DNA from: Vicugna vicugna
Lineage: Eukaryota
Direction of reading: 5' to 3'
DNA: 64,000 nt
Assembly: GCA_013265495.1 (NCBI GenBank)
Contig: MU058139.1
Span: forward strand, 124,001 to 188,000
Shown here in pieces: positions 1 to 12,016 of this stretch. The translations under genes were made by a program, and so were the position numbers. Each line of letters begins with the position of its first letter. Position 1 is the first letter of the stretch. The notes under the pieces are model-generated. The model was given only the letters and a program-made list of their open reading frames with translations, had not been told where the DNA came from and did not search any database.

Positions 1-678
1 GTAACGCAATACCAGTATTATACAATATTATATTATATAATATAGTAACAGTATATCTCTCTTTCATAGTGGGCAGCTCCAAAAACAACGTATAAAGTAT
101 ATTAACAAAGACTTCATCATTAAAAATTCCTGGAACTGTTTTTTCTTTCCCAAAATAGGACTTTACTACCAGGTTACATGTTTTGCAGGAACAAGTTTTT
201 CCTGTGGGACTCAGGAATAGAAATAACCTTTCAGGGTGAAGCCTGTTTTTCTTTTTTAATTACTAATTTTCCTTTAGATCACGGGTATGTTCTAGTTTTT
301 TTTTTTTTTTTTAATGGAGGGGAATGGCAAACTTTGATCCAAAACACATTTTCCAGAAATGTTACTGTTGCTTTCTCACCTGCTTTTCCAAATATGATGC
401 TGTATCTATAGTCAACATACTTGCTATCTTATTAATAAATACGGAAAGCATTAACTTCATGAAATAAATCATCTGTAGCCTGATGGCCTGTCAATGTATG
501 ATGAGTAACTTGTAATAACTTGTATAAATACTAGTAAACCTCAATTTCTATCTATTTTAATGACAGCTCTGTAAATGCTAAAGAGTGCTGTTGCATAACA
601 TTGACTAGATGTTATTAATTTGTCTCTTATTTTTAAATAAAGCTTTTGACAGTTTGTGTATTTTTTACTTGATGCCAG

Positions 679-1007
679 ATACTGATGGAGTTTCCCCAAA
701 TTGGATCTGAAGATCCACAAAAACATGAGATAGCTGCAGAAAAGAAAATCGAATCAAGTATTTGCTTTGATAACAGCACACACTGTTCTGGAAAAGAGGC
801 CATTCTTTTTAAGCTTGAAACTGCAGAAGAAATTGACAGGAAACATCAACAGGACAGTGATCTCTCTGTGCAAATGCTAAAGGAGTTTCTGGAAGATGAC
901 ATTGACATGAACTCATACTTTTTACCACCAAAGTCGTTACTGCGATATGCTCTTTTGTTAGACATTGTTAAGCCCACTTCTAGAAGGTCCATGTGCTTTA
1001 CAAAAGG
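679..1007 (+). CDS. TRDMT1: TRDMT1 (DNMT2 tRNA C38 methyltransferase) internal coding exon, 4th from last
   Basis: ccag|ATA CTG ATG GAG...; encodes ILMEFP...LLRYALLLDIVKPTSRRSMCFTKG including the DNMT2 CFT motif; donor GG|gtaggt. Confidence 0.96.
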
Positions 1008-1459
1008 GTAGGTTTTAAAGAGACTATTCATGGCATATCCAAAATAACCAGGTTTTTTGTAATTATTGTTTCTTTTAGTTCTTCTCAGAACAAGGAGCAT
1101 TTTATAAAATGTTTCTGCTAGAATGATTTTTTTCGCCCTTAATTGCCTGCTTTCGTGTTCCAATAGAATGCACGAGGGGAAATTCCTTCTGGCAGAACAT
1201 CATGTGCACGGCCCACGAAAGTGCTCATAAAAGACAATGCCATTGTTTGGTGACCTTCATAGGCGCTTAATTATTCACGGTGGAAACATGGTGTCTATGG
1301 ATGGTGAATTGCTAATTTTTTTAAGCACCTTTCTTTTTGTGGTACATCAGACCTCAAAAACTTATGTCCACTTCCATGATCAGTGAAGAAATTAAATTTT
1401 AAAAGCAAGAAATAACATTGAATAATCTAGAGCACATTAAAGCATATTTAATTTTTTAC

Positions 1460-1870
1460 TTAGTTTTTTAAATTTTATTTAGTTTTCTGAATACATAATG
1501 TATTCTCACGGTTCAGAATTCGAAAGGAACTAAAATTGTAAGACTCCCTTCCAGTTCTGCCTCTTGGCTGTCCAGTTTCCGTCCCTACGTGCAACCACTG
1601 ATTTCAATTCACTGTCTGATCGCCTGGGAGGTATTATGTGTGAGGGTGTATTTATACATGCATATTTGTACTGTCTTATTTACATGAATGATAGCATACT
1701 CTATTCATTATTATGTGCCCTTGTTTTCAGTGGACAATGTAATTGGGATTTTACTGCATATGAGTGCATAAAGAACTTTCCTGTGTCATGGTATAGGCAT
1801 ATCATAATTTTTTGCTGGTTACCTATTGATGGACATTTAGGGGGCTTCTTTTGGATTATTTCTCAAGTGT
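1460..1870 (-). mobile_element. Old L1 (L1ME-like) 3' fragment
   Basis: Diverged L1 3'UTR-type phrases such as cctattgatggacatttagg; boundaries approximate. Confidence 0.5.
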
Positions 1871-3115
1871 TCATGTGTTTTGCAACTTTTTTTAAAACCT
1901 AGAAAGAAGGGGGAAGTTAGACACTTTGAGAAAAGTATGTAAAAGAGCCCTCTCTCTGCTTTTCTAGTGCCACTCAAGCTCATTGGACAGGTAGTGGTAT
2001 GATTGAAGAATTCGCGCCTTCTCTCTCTACCTGCTAGCTGGTTGTCTTGCGCCAGGCACCATGTCCCTGATGTGAGCGTACCAGACTCATTCGGGTTGTA
2101 TCACACTCTGCCCTTGTGTTTCCAGGGGAATGGGCATATTGCTCTCCATTACCTTAAAAGACTTCACTCAGCTGCTGTCTGTTTCCGAGTCTGATAGGTT
2201 CTGTTTAGGACTCTCATAAAACAGAACTTATCAGTTTTGTAATAAAAAGCAACCTTGAAATTCTTTCGTAATTACAAAGATGGTATAAAAGAAGCCTCAT
2301 TGTCAAAGTCTATTTTAGTGTAGATAATATAAACACACACACACATACATGTGATATATGTGAAAACTGTTTTTCTGTGATATGACTCTTTTCCTCTAAT
2401 TATAGTTTATATCTAATTTATATTTTATATCTAATTTATGTTTTAAATTCATGTATTAGGGAAAAAATAAAATGTCAAACAGCCATCTTGGCAATGGTCT
2501 TAGGGAAAGAAATATTAGTAATACGTTGCATTTCTGTAGTGTTTTATATTTTTAATAGTTTTTTCCCCATAGTCAGGTTGTTGTATGATAAAAAGTCAAA
2601 ACATACTGTGTCACAGTAAGAGGCAGGTGCATGTTTGATGGGCCTGAGTGTGTCATGCTACTGGAGAGTAGGGTCTTGGGTTTGTGAGAAGAATTGATGG
2701 TTCAGGCATTATTTAAAAAAAAAAAAAATTTATTTTCACCTACATAACATTCAGTGTAATGTTGCAGGGCTGCCAGTATTGAATAGCATTTAGATGTAAA
2801 GTCATAACAAGTGCTTACTTTCTAGTGATGAATATTTTAAAAATGACATTTAATATGAATAAATGACAATACTACATAATGCAAAATTGTATTTACACAA
2901 CAAAAAACTATGCCAAGCTTAGTGTCTGAGAAGTTTAAATAGAATGATCTTCTGTCTTTCACCTAGTAATTTTTTAATCACAAAGCATATTTATGTGGTA
3001 TTATTCAGAATATTTCAGAAGAATATAACTTTGTAAAATGGATTAGTTCAGTCATGAAATATTTAAGAAATCTAGCATTAGCAATTAGATGAAAAGATTC
3101 ATGTTAATTTTTCAG

Positions 3116-3173
3116 TTACGGACGCTACGTAGAAGGGACAGGATCTGTGTTACAGACTACAGAGGATGTGCAG
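3116..3173 (+). CDS. TRDMT1: TRDMT1 coding exon (58 bp)
   Basis: ttttcag|T TAC GGA CGC...; (G)YGRYVEGTGSVLQTTEDVQ; donor gtactg; phase matches the previous exon. Confidence 0.95.
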
Positions 3174-4242
3174 GTACTGTGCATGCTTCAGAACTAAAAT
3201 ATCTGAAAATTATTTTAAATAACACTTTGCCTAATACTTAACATTTGAGAATGTTGAGGTAATCTTACATGTTCAATTGGCGTGAATATATGTATATAAT
3301 AATTATTTACTATAGACTAAATCTTTTCTTATTGCTAGACATGACTATATGTCCAAAAAATACTTTGTTTTTACTTTTTTCTATATCTTACCTTTTGTAT
3401 TCCTTTTTAGTCCATAAAGAGTAATTTGAAATGCAGAGTATAATAGTGAATATTTTCTGAATTTACGCACAAGTATCTTCTTATTGGAGCCTTCCTTTGG
3501 AGCACATACTATAAAAATGCCTTTTAGGGAAAAAAATCTAAATTTTAGCAAGGCCTTTTATTAATACTTCAATTGCAAATTCTTTTTTTTTGTAGTTTTA
3601 TAAGAAGACAAGCTTCATATATTGCAGGTTTTATATACTTCTGAATAATTTTGAAGTGAAGTCACATTATCTTTTATATTGATTTAAACTCTTACTATTA
3701 ATAAAATTTACCCACGGTAAAAAACCCTATCAGAGGCAAATGAATGTCTGGATTTGAGAATTGTATTTACTAAATATTTTTTATCATTTAAAGAAAACAC
3801 TTAGATAAAATTGGTCATAAACAATAAACATTTATTGGCTACTTGTTCACATTATAAAGTTGACTTATTGGTTGAGCAAGTTTCTTTTTTTTTGTAGTTT
3901 TCACTATATTTCTGTTATGTTATATTGTCATTTATTAATGTCATTTATTGTCATTAATGTCAATTATTAATATTTATATTCTTATGAGTTAATTTTTGAG
4001 GACAGATACACTGAAAGTATCCAGATCTGTTCCACATGAAGTTTTTGTTCATTTTCAAAGCTTACGTTGGCAGTCTGAGCCAGTTATACAGTTCACTGCA
4101 CAGAGACGTTTTGCCCTGTGATTCCGTGTGTTACAGCAGACTGTACATCCACCATTTTTAAACTGTCTCACAATAGATGATGGTATCTTAACAAATGTAG
4201 CTGCCCTCTACTTGATCAGTCATCTTGGATGCTTTCTTACAG

Positions 4243-4372
4243 ATTGAGAATGTCTACAAATCACTTACCAGTTTGTCACAAGAAGAAAAGATAACAAAAT
4301 TGTTAACGCTCAAACTTCGATTCTTCACTCCTAAAGAAATAGCAAATCTCCATGGATTTCCTCCAGAGTTCG
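4243..4372 (+). CDS. TRDMT1: TRDMT1 penultimate coding exon (130 bp)
   Basis: ttacag|ATT GAG...; IENVYKSLTSLSQEEKITKLLTLKLRFFTPKEIANLHGFPPEF (motif IX); donor G|gtatgt. Confidence 0.96.
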
Positions 4373-5879
4373 GTATGTGGGTTACATGCGGATCCCGGCT
4401 TTTACTTATTAAAGACCTAAAAATTCACTAGGATTGTGATGGATGTAAGAAAACTTCCCTTCCTGATTGTGCTGTTTTTGACATTTTCCTTCCCTTCTGT
4501 CTCTGCTTGTGTTCGTCACCTGCCTTAGACCGTTCCCTTCAGACTCAATTCTCCCTCCCCTTTTGCTCCAGTACTGATTCCAAGTGCTTTGCAGGGACAG
4601 AAGGGCCCAATCAGCAATTCCTCATGTGTCCCCACAGGTTCTTGTTAATAGCATCTCTCTCCAAATTATTATTATTATTATTTTTCTTGGGGTCCTATTC
4701 TTATAGCCCCACACTAGATCTTCTGAGACTGCCTAGGATGGTCTTTTATTTAATGAAGAAATTAAAAGGCAGTGGAGGAATTTTTGTGTGTGTTGGGGGA
4801 TGTACTTGTATTCCTTCTCATCGGAGGGACATTTTTTACAATCCTGCACCTTCGTCCTTCCCGAAGAAGTTTGAGTGGAGGAGAGACCAAGTGGAGAGGT
4901 AGTCTAGGAAGCAGCTTTCCTGGTGGAAAGTAAGGGTGACTCAGATGCCAGAGTGACAAGAGATTAGGGGATCTGAAGGAGGGAATCCCCAAAAGAAAAA
5001 TGAAGATGGGGTGTAGAGTGATAAAGACAAAGTCCTAACGCCTTTCGTGGTCCAGGAAATCCAGGGATTGTTGCTGTTAAGACACTGGACATGGCCCTTT
5101 GCTTCTTCAAGCGCCCCACCCTCCCTGACCCCACTTGCTTGGCGTCGGCGCTCCTGCTCTGTGGGTGCCATCCTTTTCCTGGGGGGGGGGGTGAGTGTGC
5201 CCCTAGCACCTGGCTGTGGGAAGGGAGAAAGGTGGACCTCCCTAACCTGCCTCCAGGGCTCCTCAAGGAGGAAATGTGTTTTTGATAACTGATTGGGAGC
5301 TTGAATGCAGAAAAGTGAAACTTTGCTGTGCTAAATCTAATGTTCTTATAATAAAATAAAGTATTATTCTTGAAGAACATATTGTGATCATATAGATCAG
5401 GTTTTAAATTCTAAATAATGGATTTAGAGATGAGATTTTGGAATGCATCTTTTTGTACATTGGGAACAAATTGTCAGTAGAATTTGACTACCCTCTTGGT
5501 AATGGACTCTCCGTGCGTAGTCACAGCAACCAGGTTTATTTTGTACTTTCTGCCTTTTTCTTGATGATCTCATTCAGTTCCAAATATCCCAGGGAGTGTT
5601 ATTTAAGAAAAACACAGACTTTCCTTGTTTTAGTTTATGTCACAGTGAGTGAGAACATCATCAAACAAATAAAAAGAGCTGAGAATTGCTCTCAGGAATT
5701 TAATTCCCATTCTACTGTCCTGGTTACTCTTTTTTCCTTTTTTAAAATGAGCAAATCAAAAGTACTTTCCACAGTACTAAAGAGAGAAAAGAGATTTACT
5801 GTCTAATAACAACTAGTTTCTAAGTTTTATTTGAGTGCTTATTTTTTCTGGTAGTACTAGTCACTTTGGTAATACTGAA

Positions 5880-6060
5880 ATTTAGCACAAATCCCAGAGT
5901 CAGACTAACTGAGTTTGAATCCTAGGCCCGGCTTATCCATTCTCTGCCTTAGTTTATACATCTGTAAAGTGGGGATAATTACAGTACTGACTTCACAGGG
6001 TTGTTGTGACAGTGAAGTGAGTTCACATATGTAAAATGTTTACACAGAGACACATAATAT
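5880..6060 (+). mobile_element. MIR SINE
   Basis: gagtttgaatcctagg...catctgtaaagtggggataat...cacagggttgttgtga resembles the MIR core. Confidence 0.75.
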
Positions 6061-8021
6061 AAAATTTGCATCAGCTTTTATGTTTTAAATGATAGGTATT
6101 TATTTGCTTTTATAACCTTTACTTCATAAATATTTTTTCTCAGTATTTAATAAAAGTATCTCAAGGGCAAAATAGGATTTTTTTCAAAGCTCTCTGAGAA
6201 TATATGTATAAAAGACATGAGAAAGCCTGTTTAATTGCTTAATCTTTCTTTAAAATATGTGGTATATTTGTAGTCAGGCTTGTCCTATTGTCACCACTGA
6301 GCAGGGCTGACAGAACTGTCCTTCACGTGTGCCTCTGACATCATCGACCCTGGGTCCTAAATGGGCATTTTTTGAGCTGCTTGTCTACCGGCAGTGATGG
6401 ATTTGCATTGATCCATGGCACATTTTGTCCCGATTCTCTTTGTGGCTAGTGGCATAAGCGGGCTTTGGGAGAAGGGAACACTAATCTACGCTTACTGAAT
6501 GAAAGCTGCTGTCCTGACCTCGTTAATTCTAGCTTTCTTTGTTTTTGAGGATTATTATTATTTTCAGTGTACCTAAGTTTTGAAAAAGTCACCTTTGAAC
6601 TTTAAAAATGTATGTAAATTTATGTAAGTGGATGTGGATTTTAACATCTGTATGTAAAATGCACACACACTATATATAGTTTTTACAAATCTGACTTATT
6701 GTTTTCAAACATTTCTTCTCTTCTGATATAATCTTAATATCACAAAAGACCACCCCTGGGATATTCTGAAAGTTTGTTTGTAGATGTATTTCTACCTCTG
6801 GCTACTTTGAAGTAAATAGTTTTTGAGATGACTAATGTGCTTGCCTAAGACATTATCTTTATAATAGCAATTTTATGATCATGCTCAGTTGCAAATATGG
6901 TTTTATTATGGTAATCACTTATTTTATTGCAGTATCATGTCAAGTGTTGATAAAGCAACTTTATCAAGGTTTGAAATTTTGCTATGTGAAATTTTGCTGT
7001 TTTTAATGATCTTTCTTTATTTTATTATCTGATTTTCTTTTCCTTTATTTAATTGCTATGCCAAAGGACACTGAATGTGACATTCTGATATTATAATTAA
7101 CATTATAGTGACCCTGTTATGTATGGACAGTCTTTTATGGTGTTATGTGCAAGGTTTGGTTCCAGCAAATGTAGTATCTGTGGGACATTTTTGTTTTGAA
7201 AAAAAAAATGTAACAAATCTCTCCACTATGAGGAAGTCAATTTGTGGGAGCAGAGTATAAAAAAGCAACCTTGAAGGCCTTGTATCCAGAATATATAAAG
7301 AACTCTTATGACTCAACAATAAAAAGAAAAATAGTCCAATTAAAAATGGGCAAAAGATTTTAATAGACATTTCTCCAAAAAAGACAAATGGCCAATAAGC
7401 ACATGAAAAGATGTTCAGCATCATTAATTATTAGGGAAATGTAAATCAAAACCACAATAAGACACTATTTCACAAAAAGACAAACAATAACAGTGTTGAA
7501 AAGATGTGGAGAAATCAGATCCCTTGTGTGTTGCTAGTGGGAATATATAATGGTGCAGCAGCCTTAAAAAACATCCTGACAGTTCCTGAAATGTTAGACA
7601 TAGAGTGACTGTAATTATCCAGCAGTTACACCCCTAGGTTTATATCCAAGAGAATTGAAAATATATGTCCACACAAAAATTTAACATGTACAGATATATG
7701 TACATGTTCCTAACCGTCATGTAATAATTAAAAAGTAGAAAAACCCAAATGTCTATCCATGAATGAATGGATAAATAAAATGTGGTATATCTATATGATA
7801 GAATATTATTCTGACATTGAGAGGACTGAACTATTGGTGCATGTTATACATGAATAAACGTTGAAAACACTAAATGAAAGAAGCCAGAAACAAAAGACAT
7901 ATTGTATGGTTCCATTTATATGAAATGCTTGGAATAGGTAAATCCATGGAACAGAAAGTAGATTAGTAGTTGAAGGAGGGGAAATGGAGAGTAACTGCTA
8001 ATGGGTACCAGCATTCTTTTT

Positions 8022-10166
8022 AAAAAACTTTTCTATGGAAGTATATATCTTCAACATGTAACATTGTATTCATTCCAGGTATACAACATTACAACATAAT
8101 GATTCAGTATTTTTACACATTGAAAAATGATCACCCACTGCAATAAATCTAGTTAACATCTATTACCATACATAATTAGAGATTTCTTTTTCTTATGATG
8201 GAGACTTTTAAGATCTTTCTTAGCAATTTTCGAACAGACAACACAGTATTACTAACTGTAGTCACCATGCTCTACGTTAAATCCCCAGGACTTATTTATA
8301 TTATCACTGGAATTTTGTACCTTTTGGCCCATTTCACCCATTTGTCCCCTGCTCCCTGGCCCCCGCAACCACCAGTCTGTTCTCTCTACCTATGAGCTAG
8401 GGTTTTTTGTTGTTGTTTGCTTGCTTGCTTGCTTGCTTTGGTTTTCAGATTCCACATATAAGTGAGATCATACAGTATTTGTCTTTCTCTGATTTCACTT
8501 ACCAAAATGCCCTCAAGCTTCTTACAAATGACAAGATTTCATTCTTTTTTAATGGCTTAGTAGTATTTCTTAGTATGTATACACCACATTTTCTTTATCC
8601 ATTCATCTATCAGTGGACTCAGGTTGTTTCCAAGTCTCTCTGTTGTATATAGTGCTGCGATGAACATGGGCATTTGCGTATCTTTTTGAATTAGTGTTTT
8701 TGCTTTCATTGGATAAATATGAAGATTGGAATTACTGGATCATATGATAGTTTTACTTTTAATTTTTTGAGGAACCTCCATACTGTCTTCCATTGTGGCT
8801 GCACCAATTTAAATTCTCACCAACAGTGCACAAGAGTTCCCTTTTCTCCACATCCTCACCAGCACCTGTTATTTCTTGTCTTAGGTTAATAGCCATTCTA
8901 AAAATGTGAAGTAATATCCCATTGTGATTTTAATTTACATTTTCCTGATGATTAGTGATGTTGAACATCTTTGCATGTGCCTGTTGTCCATCTATCTGTC
9001 TTCTTTGAAAAAATGTTTATTCAGGTCCTCTGCCCGTTTTTTACTCTGATTGTTTATTGTTTTGCTATTGAGTTTTATGAGTTCTTTATATATATTGGGT
9101 ATTAATCCTTACCAGTTATATGATTTGCAGATATTTTCTCCCATTCAGTAGATTGCCTTTTCATTTTGTTGATTATCTCCTTTGCTGTGCGGAAGCTTTT
9201 TAGTTTGATATAGTCCCACTTGTTTATTTTTGTTGCCTTTGCTTTTGGAATCAGATCCAAAAATTTATGGACAAGATTCATGTCAAGGGATTTACCACCT
9301 GTGTTTTCTTCCAGGAGTTTTATGGTTTCAGGTCTAATATTCAAGTGTTTAATTCATTATGACTTAATTTTTATGCATGGTGTTAAAACAGTGGTCCAGT
9401 TTCATTATTTTGCATGTGGCTGTCTCAATTTTCCTAACACCATTTATTGAAGAGACTATCCTTTCCCCATTGTATATTCTTGGCTCCCTCATCATAAATT
9501 AATTGACCATATATGCATGGGTTTATTTCTGGGCTCTCTATCCTGGTCCATTGATCTATGTGTCTTTTTATGCCAGTGTCACAGTGTTTTGATTACTGTA
9601 GCTTTGTAATATAGTTTGAAGTCAGGGAGCATGATGCCTTCAGCTTTGTTCTTCTTTCTCAAGATTGCTTTGGCTATTTGAGGTCTTTTGTGATTCCATA
9701 TGAATTTTGGGATTGTGAATTCAATTTCTGTAAAAAATGCCATTGGAATTTTGGTAGGAATTACATTAAATCTGTAGATTGCTTAACAATATTCTCTAAT
9801 TTATGATCATGAAGTATCTTTATTTGTGTTTTGTTAATTTTTTTCATCAATATCTTACAGCCTTTAGTGTACAAGTATTTTGCTTCCTTCATTAAATTTA
9901 TTCTTAGGTATCTTAATTTTTTTTTGATGTGATTGTTAATGAGATTACTTTCTTATTTTCTCTTTCTGATAGTTTGTTATTAATGTATAGAAACAGCAGA
10001 TTTCTGTATATTGATTTTGTATACTGCAACTTTACTGAATTCATTTGTTCTAATCATGTTTTGATGATGTCTTTAGGGTTTTCTATATATAATATGTCAT
10101 CTGCAGGCAGTGATAGTTTTACTTCTTCCTTTCCAATTTGAATTCCTTTTTCTTTTTTTTTCTTTT

Positions 10167-10203
<37 letters not shown>

Positions 10204-10340
10204 CTAATGTTTGCTGTGGCTAGGATTTCTTATACTATGTTGAAATAAAAGTATCAAGAATGGGTATCTTTGTCTTGTTCCTGAACTTAGAGGAAAATTT
10301 TCAGCTTGCCACCATTGAGTGTGATGTTAGCTGTGGGCTG
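8022..10340 (-). mobile_element. 5'-truncated L1 (L1MA-like), about 2.3 kb, nested antisense in an older L1
   Basis: Minus ORF 9102-9344 (RPETIKLLEEN...KWDYIKLKSF) is ORF2p-like; near-perfect 11-bp TSD GCATTCTTTTT/GCTTTCTTTTT at 8011-8021 and 10341-10351. Confidence 0.88.
10169..10201. repeat. Poly(T)33 tract inside L1
   Basis: Uninterrupted T run preceded by T/C-rich sequence. Confidence 0.9.
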
Positions 10341-10824
10341 GCTTTCTTTTTGAGGTGATGAAAATGTTCTGTAATTAAATAGTAGAGATGTATGCAAAAT
10401 TCTGTGACTATACTAAAGAAACATTCAATTGTATACTTTAAAAAGGTGAAATTTATAGTGTATGAATTCTGTCTCCTTAATGCTGTTATCAAATGAAAGA
10501 AAATAACTGAAATAATGGTAGCCACTGCTTTTCCTAAAGTCCACTAATGTCCAGATTTGTATTAGTTCTGTGGATGCTATGTGTGTCACATGTTTGTGTA
10601 CTGAGCATAATATAATATGTGATGTGATAATATCACATTGTGTAAACAATGCAATGTTATGTAATACTTTTGGCTTCAAATTCTCATTTATTAATTGAAC
10701 TTCATGGAGTCCTTAAGGACTTACTTATATAAATAACCACTGTGCTTTTACTAAAGAATACATCCTTTTATTTCTGGTACTTAAGATTACAAATGTATAA
10801 TAAATTGTAATCTTTCTTTTCTAG

Positions 10825-10925
10825 GATTTCCTGAGAAGATTACAGTCAAACAGCGTTATCGTCTACTTGGAAATAGTCTCAACGTGCATGTAGTAGCTAA
10901 ACTAATCAAAATCCTATATGAGTAA
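10825..10925 (+). CDS. TRDMT1: TRDMT1 last coding exon
   Basis: ttttctag|GA TTT CCT...; (G)FPEKITVKQRYRLLGNSLNVHVVAKLIKILYE* (motif X, GNS), TAA at 10923-10925. Confidence 0.96.
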
Positions 10926-12016
10926 TTTTTAAATAACTCTGAAAGATGGTCACAGTATTCCATCATATCCAGATGGTAATTTTGAAATTCTATTTTGAAT
11001 TAATTTGGACAAAATTCAATTAACTTATCTTAATCTCTCTTTGATATGAAATTGAGATTTATCAGAAAAATGCCAGTTTGTTTCCTTATATTTATATTGC
11101 TGTGTTTTGTAAGGTGAAAATTATTGTTATGCTTTAGGAGAATATATTTTTATATGAAATAATTAAATATATGTAAAATATTCTCTTTATAGTATGGTAT
11201 AGACAAATTTAGGCACTTCAGAATTTTAATGTCTGAATATTTTATAAAGCATCATAACAGGCATATGAACCTGAGAAATTGTGTATTTGTGCATATTAAT
11301 TAAAGAAGTCGCTTTATGAATCCTATTGTTTTACTTTTTAAAAATGATTCTTCCTATTTCTAAAATGATGATTGTAATTCTAGCCTTTCAAATGTTGAAA
11401 GTTTTATTTTAATTTTGATTTTTAACATTCCTTTATTTTATCTAAACCAAATACGTAGAATATTTTAAACCAAATTATCATCATTCACCTTATACAGTCA
11501 TCTGAAGAAAATGTTAGGAAAAAAATAAGCCTAAATTCTTCATTACCTCTCCATCAGTAAGCCACAGAAAATGTAGGTGCACATTTCCTAATTATTTTTA
11601 ATTCTATTTCCATCTGAAAGGCAAAACTCCTTCTTTGTTTGTACATGCTTGCCTTTGGTTTGCTGTTTTCAGAGTTTGCTTCCGTCTTCCTTCTCAGCTT
11701 CTTGTTGTAAGTTGAATTTACCATCACATTTTAAGGACTATAGTAAAGCATTAAAATTTTAGGGAGGAAACTCTGCCCTCTGACCCTATTTCATATGACT
11801 AGTCTATGAATTAACTTTTATGACTTAAGTTTCTCTGTCCCTCCCTGTCTGTAGACTTGGAATTGGGGTTCTAATCAGACTAAGTCTTGTATCATAAATC
11901 CTGTAGTTTTGATTTCAGTGATAAAAACAAGTGACAAAGAGAAATAAAAAGAAAGAAGACCAGAAATTATATCACAAAATTTTAATTTGTATTTTTCTTC
12001 TTAAAAACAACAATTC

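Larger units (their letters stand above)
7270..10500 (+). mobile_element. Old L1 (L1MB/MC-like) 3' end, split into 7270-8021 and 10341-10500 by a nested L1
   Basis: ORF2 C-terminal/3'UTR sequence breaks at atgggtaccagcattcttttt and resumes at gctttctttttgaggtgatgaaaatgttctg. Confidence 0.8.
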
